From a virus (taxonomy: Duplodnaviria > Heunggongvirae > Uroviricota > Caudoviricetes), in IMG/VR virus record IMGVR_UViG_3300042922_001018: DNA of 64,000 nt, one strand, 5' to 3'. Positions within the stretch are counted from its first letter, which is position 1. Each line of letters begins with the position of its first letter. The notes below the pieces were generated by a model. That model saw only the letters and a program-made list of their open reading frames with translations, ran no database searches and was not told where the DNA came from. The position numbers were made by a program, and so were the translations under genes. Positions 56,793 through 64,000 of the stretch are shown piece after piece.

Positions 56793-56967
56793 GCTTTCAG
56801 TGTAGGCGGAGTCGCGTGCTGATAGCAACGCTCGCCTTCAGATTTCACCGCGCGGTTGCAGTGCCACATACGGCCGAGGTCAGCACGGCTGTGTTTTCGC
56901 GCTGCGCTGAGACCACCGTAATGGCATGGCGCGCCGCAGACATGACGCGGTGGCGAGTACGCGCGCA

Positions 56968-57213
56968 TCAGTCTTCGTTACGACGGCCAGTCGCAGAGCG
57001 CCACGCGTTGTCCCACGCGGCTCGCCAGTGACCGAACGAGGATGCCACGATGAACCCGACCGTGAGAAGGCCGAGGACGACGCACGCGATGATTGCTCGC
57101 ACGACAACATCGCTGCTCAGCTCTACGTTGTTGCTTGCGTAGATGAAGACAGTGAGGACAGCAACCAGCAGCGCGCCGGAGATGAATGCCCCTGTGATGG
57201 CAACGCCACGCAT
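56968..57213 (-). CDS. Small membrane protein
   Basis: Two TM segments; coupled. Confidence 0.6.
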   Translation of the reverse strand: MRGVAITGAFISGALLVAVLTVFIYASNNVELSSDVVVRAIIACVVLGLLTVGFIVASSFGHWRAAWDNAWRSATGRRNED

Positions 57214-58283
57214 CAGGCAACCAGCGCTTTCGTGACCTCGCGCGGGTCTGTCGCGAAAAGGCCCGAGTTCAGCAAGCCGTTCAGCTCGACGATGAATGGC
57301 TCCCCCGTGTCGCCGTCCGTGGCGACATCGAGTACGTAGTCCACCAGTCCATGCTGGTCCGCCATCTCCGTGGCCACCTTCGTCGCGAAGTCGAGATAGT
57401 TCACCATCCGACGGACCTGCTCGACGACCTCCGACTTCGCTGCGCGATGCTGCCGCATGAACGGGTCGAATGGTACACCGGGCATCGCGTCAAGCGGGGT
57501 GTGCTCCTCGATGTTCGCAGCTCCCGTGACCGGCTTGCCGCCAACGACGAAGAACCGATACTCGTACTGCACGTTCATGTAGCCCTGAAGAATGAACGCT
57601 TCGGGCAGGCCAAGGAGCTGGAAAGCCCAGTCGCCAATCGAATCGTGTAGGTCTGACGGGACCGGGTTATCGCCCGCAGCGATGTCGAAGACGGTGAGCG
57701 GGAACCTCTTCGACCGGACCGACTTGATAGCGGCGCGCGTCAACCCTGCATCGCGGTATTCGAGGAGGCGTTCCTCGATGGTGACGCCCACGTCTTCGCC
57801 TTCGTACCCTTCGCCGACCGATACGAGGTCGATGCGTCGGCCAGAATGTGCCGTGTACGGCGCCAGGGAGGCGTACTGAGTCGCCATCTCCTCTTGGGGC
57901 AGTCGTACGGCGTTCGCGGGGCTGAAGCGCGACACAGGGCCGTACAGCGCGTAACGCTCGGGGTTCTCGCTACCGAGACGGTACGCCTCCGAGGCGTCGA
58001 AGCTCTTCTTGCCCCAGGACTTCTTCGTCGGGTTCACGATGGTCGCAGGCTTGTTGTCGATGGAGAGGTAAACAGCCTTCGCACCCGAGTTGAGTCCGGC
58101 ATGGAGCCGGTACGCCATCTCCCAGAAGTCCTCCTTGTCGCCTTCGCCGTTGTGAGGCAACGGTTCGACGAGCGTGCGCCAGGTCGCGAGGACTTCGGCG
58201 GCGAGCGGGCTGGACTCTGCTTCGGCCTCGACCGTTGCCGGTTCCGCCTGCCGGAGGATGGATACGAAGAGAGTCTTAGGCAT
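57213..58283 (-). CDS. ATP-grasp domain protein (R2K-like)
   Basis: EYRFFVVGG...YVLDVA...IVELN...SGLFA. Confidence 0.8.
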   Translation of the reverse strand: MPKTLFVSILRQAEPATVEAEAESSPLAAEVLATWRTLVEPLPHNGEGDKEDFWEMAYRLHAGLNSGAKAVYLSIDNKPATIVNPTKKSWGKKSFDASEAYRLGSENPERYALYGPVSRFSPANAVRLPQEEMATQYASLAPYTAHSGRRIDLVSVGEGYEGEDVGVTIEERLLEYRDAGLTRAAIKSVRSKRFPLTVFDIAAGDNPVPSDLHDSIGDWAFQLLGLPEAFILQGYMNVQYEYRFFVVGGKPVTGAANIEEHTPLDAMPGVPFDPFMRQHRAAKSEVVEQVRRMVNYLDFATKVATEMADQHGLVDYVLDVATDGDTGEPFIVELNGLLNSGLFATDPREVTKALVA

Positions 58284-58325
58284 GATGCGGTCAGTCTACC
58301 ACGGTTCGACGCGCCTTGACCAGCG

Positions 58326-58775
58326 TCAGTCGAGTGGCTCCCCCTGAAGTTCGAGACCGTGACGCTCCGCCATGTTCTCGAACTGATGCCACGTCCACGA
58401 GGGCATGATGCCGTAGGCGGTGTACCTCTCGCCCTGGAGTACCTTGATGGCGTTGCGCATCGCGTTGACTTCCTGGGCGATGGCGCGGTCCATGTGCTCC
58501 GGGCCACCGCGGTATCGTTCCCGCGAATCAGCAAGCAGCTCCAGCATCTCGATAGCCTGCGCGTAACCGGCAGCTCGCTCGCCACCCGCGACAGCAGCCT
58601 CGACTGATTTCAAGTCTTCGAGAGCGGTAGCGACCGTGTCGCTAATCTCCCAGAGCGGGGCGTCCTTGCTCCCCTTCCGCTTCCATAGCGTGCTTCCGTC
58701 ACCGGCCGCTTTCTGCTTGAAGCCGAGGTTCTTCAGCCGCGCATGGATGTCGTCAAGTTCGATGCTCACAGCCAC
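58326..58775 (-). CDS. Hypothetical protein
   Basis: 149 aa ORF; start could be 58769. Confidence 0.65.
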   Translation of the reverse strand: MAVSIELDDIHARLKNLGFKQKAAGDGSTLWKRKGSKDAPLWEISDTVATALEDLKSVEAAVAGGERAAGYAQAIEMLELLADSRERYRGGPEHMDRAIAQEVNAMRNAIKVLQGERYTAYGIMPSWTWHQFENMAERHGLELQGEPLD

Positions 58776-58778
58776 AGT

Positions 58779-59375
58779 CTACTCCATCAGCGAAACGCTG
58801 AGGAACTCCTCGATAGCAGGCACATGGGTCTTATCGAATCCGGTCGGCTTGGTCGGCCGTACCGCCAATGCGGGCACGTGAAAATCGGCCGCGTCGAACA
58901 GCCGAGTCGCCGAGTCATCCACCCAGATGAACGGAAGACTCTCCGCGGCAGTCGCAGCCTTCACGACATCGAGCTTCGCAGCGTCTCGCACATCGTCCAC
59001 GTTCGCGCTTGTCAAGCCGTCAGGCCACGGGTTCCACGGCATGTAGCCGAAGTCGAAGTCAGGACCGAGGAAGTGCTTGAACCGCAGGGAATCGCGCTCC
59101 CAGGTCGTGAGCCACCGCACACGGCCACCGCGCGCCTCCAGGGTCTTGAAGTACGCGATAGCGCCGGGGTAGAAGGTGACCTTCTCCTTGATGCGCCGGG
59201 AGTCCTCCACGCCGCGGTAGAGCGGGTTGTCGTCGAACCGGTCCTCGTACGGGGCATTCTTCGTACGGTTCTTCGGCCTCTGGCATCCTTCGACGTTGAT
59301 GACATCGTCGAAGTCCAGGAACACGTTGAACAGCGGCGCCGTGGTGGGGCCGTATGTGTCGAAGAGCGTGTTCAT
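58779..59375 (-). CDS. HAD-superfamily phosphatase (RNA-repair-associated type)
   Basis: FLDFDDVIN; WLTTW; K; FIWVDD. Confidence 0.85.
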   Translation of the reverse strand: MNTLFDTYGPTTAPLFNVFLDFDDVINVEGCQRPKNRTKNAPYEDRFDDNPLYRGVEDSRRIKEKVTFYPGAIAYFKTLEARGGRVRWLTTWERDSLRFKHFLGPDFDFGYMPWNPWPDGLTSANVDDVRDAAKLDVVKAATAAESLPFIWVDDSATRLFDAADFHVPALAVRPTKPTGFDKTHVPAIEEFLSVSLME

Positions 59376-59546
59376 GGAGCTATCGTACCGCTACGATGCG
59401 TCCGACGCAAGTCTCTCTGGTAGACTGTCTCTATCACGACTGGCCGTCTGTCCCCGACAAGGGGAGGCGGTCAGTTCTTTTGAAGCCAGCCGTCCTGCTA
59501 CACTGGGAGCAACACGACTAGCCGTTCTCTCCGTATGGGGAGGCGG

Positions 59547-60002
59547 CTAGTTTTCTTGAAGGGTCGCTCGCAGTTCCATCAGTAGACCACCAAGCCGGTT
59601 TGCGCCTTCGCCCGTTTTCGCGTCCACACCCCAGATGCGGTCGCCCCACTGGTTGTACTCGATGAGCACCGTGTCACCCGTGGACTTCAGACGGTAGGCG
59701 AGGCCGGGGTCCGAGAACTTCGCGGCGAGCGTCCGGCGCATCGCTTCAGCGGAGAAGTCGTTCCACGCATCCAGGTCGATAGCGAGACGCTTGCCCAACG
59801 TCTTCGACTCGCGGATGGAAGCCGCCTGGAGCTGGTCAAGCCACGCAGGCACCGCGGCCTTGTCACGGGCGAACATAGACTTGTGCGCCTGGAAGGCATG
59901 TTCAGAACTCGGCCAGGTGCGGCCGAGAACGGCGACGGGCGCCAGAGCGAAGTTCGACAAGAAGTGGTAGTCGCCTCGGAAGCCTTCGGTCGTCTCGTTC
60001 AC
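59547..60002 (-). CDS. NADAR (YbiA-like) protein
   Basis: FLSNF...SEHAFQAHK...AKF...DRIWG...GANRLGGLLMELR. Confidence 0.92.
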   Translation of the reverse strand: MNETTEGFRGDYHFLSNFALAPVAVLGRTWPSSEHAFQAHKSMFARDKAAVPAWLDQLQAASIRESKTLGKRLAIDLDAWNDFSAEAMRRTLAAKFSDPGLAYRLKSTGDTVLIEYNQWGDRIWGVDAKTGEGANRLGGLLMELRATLQEN

Positions 60003-60018
60003 GCATCCAGTCTATCAC

Positions 60019-60062
60019 GAACGACGAAGACCCCGACAGCGCTGTCGGGGTCTTCGTCGTTC
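60019..60062 (-). terminator. Perfect 44-bp palindrome
   Basis: GAACGACGAAGACCCCGACAGC|GCTGTCGGGGTCTTCGTCGTTC. Confidence 0.7.
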
Positions 60063-60066
60063 CTAG

Positions 60067-60765
60067 TCAGGCGCCGGTCAGCACCCAGTTGTTGCCCTGC
60101 ACGATGATGCGGTTCACCGCGTTGAGGCGGTGCTCAGGGAAGCCAGGGGACTGCACCACCTGGACAACTCGGAACTCTGTACCGCTCGGCGAGGAGGGGA
60201 GCTGCGCCTGCGGACCACCGGTCACGTTGACGAGCTGCCCATTCCGGAACCACTCGTAACGAAGGTTGCTCCCACTCGCGTAACCGGCCAGGTCCGCTTG
60301 CGCCACGACGAGCCGCTGCGCTCCCTGCGGGATGACCTGCTGGATGAACACGTTCGACGGTCGCGGCGCGATACCGGTCGTCGAAGTGAAGACTGTTGTC
60401 GTGTAGCCGGGAACGGTTACACGCGCTTCTAGAAGGAGCGATGAACCTCCGAGCTGGCGGGGGACGAGCGTGGAGGGACCAGCGGCGAACTGTCCGGAGA
60501 CAGAACGCCATGCGTACTGGACGGTCGCGCCGGGGGTCTGCTGCACGAGCTGCGCGGCCGGGCCGACAAGTTGAGCGCCCACGGTTGCCCCGACAGAGGG
60601 CGTACCTGTGATGTTGACGGCGCCTTGGACGGGAGTGACCTGGGCAGCGGCCTTCACGGGTGCGAGAGAAGGCACGGGTGCCGGGACTCCGGCGAGGGCA
60701 CCTGTTCCAAGAACTGCGGCTACTGCGAGGGTGGAGACGAACGTGAGACGGGTTCTGCTTGACAT
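60067..60765 (-). CDS. Secreted protein with two Ig-like repeats
   Basis: Signal peptide; ITGTPSVG...YAW...VTVPGY; GAAGGGA RBS. Confidence 0.75.
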   Translation of the reverse strand: MSSRTRLTFVSTLAVAAVLGTGALAGVPAPVPSLAPVKAAAQVTPVQGAVNITGTPSVGATVGAQLVGPAAQLVQQTPGATVQYAWRSVSGQFAAGPSTLVPRQLGGSSLLLEARVTVPGYTTTVFTSTTGIAPRPSNVFIQQVIPQGAQRLVVAQADLAGYASGSNLRYEWFRNGQLVNVTGGPQAQLPSSPSGTEFRVVQVVQSPGFPEHRLNAVNRIIVQGNNWVLTGA

Positions 60766-60897
60766 CGAGTATCCCTTCATCGGCGGAGGTGCCTTCACTT
60801 GTAAATGGGCAACCCTGTTCCCCATTCCTATGAGTTTGCTGGACGTACAGCCGTCGTTTAGCAACGCGAAATCTACCGCACATGGTAGGCTGTCCAG

Positions 60898-61449
60898 ATG
60901 CCTCACACTCATACCGAATCCGGTCAGTATGACTCGACAGTAACCATGATGGTTGTTCGCGAGGACGGCGAGCCGCGTGTGCTCCTGCCGTTGCACCGGA
61001 AGCTCGGCATCCGCCTCCCACCCGGCGGTCACGTTGAACTCAACGAACACCCGTGGCAGGCCGTCGCCCGAGAACTTCAGGAGGAGAGCGGCTACCACCT
61101 CTCGCAGCTCGAAGTTCTCCAGTTCCGTGATGCCCCGACGTTCAGCTACAACACCTTGCATCCGATGCCGCTACTCATCCAGTCGCACGGTACGCCAGTC
61201 CCGAACGGCACCCATCAGCACACCGACATGGACTACGCGTTTGTGACGAGTGAAGACCCACGTGACCCTATCGCCGATGACGAGTCGCCGCTGGAATGGT
61301 TCACTGCGGCGCAGGTCACAGCAATCCCGGAAGGCGACATCCCCGGAGACATGCGGATGATGGCTCTGGAGCTACTGGAGAACAGGGACCGCTACGTCCG
61401 CCGTGACCCGTTGGCGTACTCGCTGGACATCGCGCCGCTATGGCGATGA
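60898..61449 (+). CDS. Nudix hydrolase
   Basis: GGHVELNEHPWQAVARELQEESGY. Confidence 0.9.
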   Translation: MPHTHTESGQYDSTVTMMVVREDGEPRVLLPLHRKLGIRLPPGGHVELNEHPWQAVARELQEESGYHLSQLEVLQFRDAPTFSYNTLHPMPLLIQSHGTPVPNGTHQHTDMDYAFVTSEDPRDPIADDESPLEWFTAAQVTAIPEGDIPGDMRMMALELLENRDRYVRRDPLAYSLDIAPLWR

Positions 61450-61455
61450 CTTCAG

Positions 61456-62082
61456 TCACTCGCCGAGGCGTATGGACGAACCATCGGACATCACGACAAA
61501 CCCATTGGTGCTGAGAGTCCGATGCGGCGGGTACCCAGGTGTACGTGCCACCTGATAGACGTAGATGGGCTTGTTGAACAGCATCGTCGTGACCGGAAGC
61601 TTCACAGCGTCAGACATCAAGAACATCGAACCGAAGCGCCACTCGTAGCTGTAAGTCGTCCCCGGAGGGAACCCGCCCCGGTCTCCCTGCGCATACAGGT
61701 TATCGCCCTGAAGCTGAATGCCGACCTTGGACTCTCGTTCCGCGATAGGTTGCGTCTTCGCCGAGTAGGTCTTCGTCGTCAGTCCCGGCTCACGAACAGT
61801 GACGCGTAGCGACACGACCTCTTCGCTCGCGTGCCGAGTCACACGGAAGACCGGCTCGCTGCTGACGTTCCACACAACATCGGTCACCGACCACTGATAG
61901 CGGATGTCTGCGTCCTCGCTGAACTCGACGCCGATGAACTTCGGCTTCAGCGAGCTGCCTACCTCGCGGTCGCCAGAGATGTACAGGACACCCTTGGTCT
62001 CCGGAACGTCCGGTGCCGGAATCGCCATAACAGCAAGAGTCGCTACGAGGAGCGCGACTAAGGCGAGCCGGTACCGCTTCAT
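61456..62082 (-). CDS. Secreted Ig-like protein (paralog of 60067..60765)
   Basis: Signal peptide; ISGDREVG...YQW; YEW...PGYPPHR. Confidence 0.75.
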   Translation of the reverse strand: MKRYRLALVALLVATLAVMAIPAPDVPETKGVLYISGDREVGSSLKPKFIGVEFSEDADIRYQWSVTDVVWNVSSEPVFRVTRHASEEVVSLRVTVREPGLTTKTYSAKTQPIAERESKVGIQLQGDNLYAQGDRGGFPPGTTYSYEWRFGSMFLMSDAVKLPVTTMLFNKPIYVYQVARTPGYPPHRTLSTNGFVVMSDGSSIRLGE

Positions 62083-62083
62083 C

Positions 62084-62737
62084 TCAGTGCAGTTCCCGAA
62101 CGACCGAGACGTTGCCGTTCGGCTTCGGGTCGATGGAGATGCGGCCCGCTTCGGCGTCTTCGATGAACGCGTGAATCTCTTCCTTCGTCACCGGCCGACC
62201 CCATGCATCGAGGCCCGCGTGAAGCTGTCGCTCACCGCTGTACTTGCCGCTCCAATGGCTATGACCGTGAACGAGCCAGCGGCCGGTGTCGGGCACGCGG
62301 TAAGGCGCGAAGCGGTCGCCGGTCCCATCTTTCGCGAAGTCATGCTCGTTCGCGTCGTACGGGAAGTGGGAGAAGTTCACGTACCGACCGTAGACGCGCT
62401 CCGTGTGCTGAGAGCCGACGAAATCGAATGCCTGCGCCCACCGGTTGATGCGGTTCTGCGCCTTCCCACCGTGCGGGTTCACGTCGTTGTCGTGGTTCCC
62501 TGCGATGAACACCTTCCGGCCGGGCAGGGTCTCCACGAGCGACAACGCCGCTTCAGTGGCCTTCCCGCTTCCGACGGTGAGGTCGCCCAGCCAGAACGTA
62601 ATGTCGCGCTTGGTGACGTGGGAGTTGTACATGTCAACGAACCAGGCGTTGTGCTCTTCGATGGTCTCGAAACCCCGCAGCTCTGCGACGAGGCCGTGGA
62701 AGAGATGCGGGTCCGTCAGGACGAGGGTCTTCGACAT
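62084..62737 (-). CDS. Calcineurin-like metallophosphoesterase
   Basis: DPH, GD, GNHD, SHFP, HGHSH. Confidence 0.92.
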   Translation of the reverse strand: MSKTLVLTDPHLFHGLVAELRGFETIEEHNAWFVDMYNSHVTKRDITFWLGDLTVGSGKATEAALSLVETLPGRKVFIAGNHDNDVNPHGGKAQNRINRWAQAFDFVGSQHTERVYGRYVNFSHFPYDANEHDFAKDGTGDRFAPYRVPDTGRWLVHGHSHWSGKYSGERQLHAGLDAWGRPVTKEEIHAFIEDAEAGRISIDPKPNGNVSVVRELH

Positions 62738-63028
62738 ACGGACATCCTACCGCATTTCAGCGCCCAGCGCCAGTCAACGGGAGAAGCGGCTCTTGCCTAC
62801 CCATGAAGGGCGTCCGTTGCTCTGTGTCACCGAGTTGGCGGCATGACGCATGCGATGCGCCCCTGTCGCACCGAGCGAGCTGATTCGCCCGCCGTAGACG
62901 GCATGGCCGCGGGCTTTCCGTACACGACGACCGTGTTCTTCGTTCGGTATTAGCATTAGCAGATTTCCCGTCTACTCTAATACGGCTCGATTATTCCGTA
63001 CACGCGGATTCCCCGTCTATGGGAATAA

Positions 63029-63340
63029 TCAGCGTACGCGGGCACGTCGGTTAGCGATGAGAGCGCCCGCGAGTTTCGTCAGGGTTGTCCATCCAGACGC
63101 CACTGCGAGGACGAAGAACGCGGCAGCTACCGCAGCCACGAAGACGCCTACAGGACGCGACTCTCCGACATCGACCAGGAAGTGCGCGGCGGTCAGGGAC
63201 AGCGCAACTGTCGCTGCAACGAGGCCGACGAAGACGAAGCTCATCCAGAGGAGCGCGCGGCGGCGGTTGGCGAAGAATCGGCCGAGGTCAAGCCACACGG
63301 GGAAGAACGAACGCCGCGCGGGTGATGAGGTGACAGCCAT
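63029..63340 (-). CDS. Membrane protein
   Basis: Two TM segments. Confidence 0.6.
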   Translation of the reverse strand: MAVTSSPARRSFFPVWLDLGRFFANRRRALLWMSFVFVGLVAATVALSLTAAHFLVDVGESRPVGVFVAAVAAAFFVLAVASGWTTLTKLAGALIANRRARVR

Positions 63341-63344
63341 GATG

Positions 63345-63497
63345 TCAGTCTTCCTGTTCAGTGCGTTGACGTGTGCGGCGGACGGTTTGCCCGTTGCGGA
63401 TTTCTTCGTTAGCGCGGTCGAGGGCGGCTACGAGATTCTCGTCAGCCAGGAATGCCTTCTCGTATTCGGAAAGCGGCTCGGGGTGTTCCTCTGCCAT
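63345..63497 (-). CDS. Small protein (50 aa, not in ORF track)
   Basis: TAAGAT-7-ATG; MAEEHPEPLSEYEKAFL... Confidence 0.55.
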   Translation of the reverse strand: MAEEHPEPLSEYEKAFLADENLVAALDRANEEIRNGQTVRRTRQRTEQED

Positions 63498-63618
63498 GCC
63501 CTTCATCTTACACGAAGTACGGACATACAGCGGCGGTCCCCCGCTAATGCTGCTCTACGGGGGACCGCCTGAAGGACTGCTTCGTTTCCTGTTACCTCCA
63601 GGATACCACTGCGTCTAG

Positions 63619-63662
63619 AAAAGAACGACACCCCCACGCGAAGGGAAGCGTGGGGGTGTCGT
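63619..63662 (-). terminator. Intrinsic terminator
   Basis: 15-bp stem ACGACACCCCCACGC/GCGTGGGGGTGTCGT followed by TCTTTT on minus strand. Confidence 0.7.
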
Positions 63663-63728
63663 GTTGAGAGCCGGGCTGTAGTGTCAGCAGGCGCCCGGCT
63701 GGCCGACCCTACAGAGAGGGCCGGGGCT

Positions 63729-64000
63729 TCACGCGCGACGCGGGGTCGGCACGCCGGAGGCGTCGCTGAGGATGTCGCGGAACCGGTCCGAGAGGATGCG
63801 GGCGATGCTCATGGCGGCGTCCTGCGTCATCCCAATCTTGCGGGAGCGGGTGAGCAGTTCGCGGCCCTGGAGCGCGGCCAGCGCCTCGTGGAAGTCGCCG
63901 ACCTTGACCAGCACCTTGGCGACGTTCTCCATGTTCTCGGCCGTCGCCATGTTCGTCGCCATGACGATGATGGCGTAGACCTTGTCGGTGGTGAAGTTCT
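63729..64000 (-). CDS. Hypothetical protein, 5' end outside window
   Basis: Open frame with strong codon bias running off the edge. Confidence 0.6.
   Translation of the reverse strand, partial: NFTTDKVYAIIVMATNMATAENMENVAKVLVKVGDFHEALAALQGRELLTRSRKIGMTQDAAMSIARILSDRFRDILSDASGVPTPRRA

Noticed and set aside
2631-56809. Leader repeats as a CRISPR array, integron attC sites or DGR repeats
   Set aside because: They are dispersed, in-frame, conserved at protein level and non-palindromic. No cas, integrase or reverse transcriptase gene is in the window.
63532-63569. 12-bp GC hairpin as a separate ncRNA
   Set aside because: No supporting promoter or family features, and it is most simply a terminator-like element.

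Overview
High-GC, gene-dense, mostly minus-strand segment that reads as the accessory region of a large actinobacterial phage (host such as Microbacterium is inference; no virion structural or replication genes in the window). Recognisable genes: ThyX, WGR-PARP-like ADP-ribosyltransferase, NADAR, HD alarmone hydrolase-like, HIT, Nudix, HAD, metallophosphoesterase, ATP-grasp, PLD nuclease-like, GNAT, methyltransferase, TerD-like and PTH2-like proteins, plus an amber (CUA) tRNA. Main observation: 25 otherwise diverse ORFs begin with the same ~25-30 aa leader (M-[TSA]-F-x4-[HV]-x-R-x3-G-[KR]-F-x-[ED]-K-x-G-x-x-P-E-V-x-L). An exact CCGCCTACA lies 7-8 nt upstream of the ATG of 16 of them, and the other 9 lie directly downstream in the same operons. 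This suggests a co-regulated, peptide-addressed cargo system, possibly capsid-packaged and injected effectors. Other findings: a PTH2-like gene with an in-frame TAG at codon 5 near the amber tRNA, about 10 proteins sharing a C-terminal G[IV]PxEY module, widespread leaderless SigA-type promoters, and candidate small RNAs. All coordinates and counts were read by eye.
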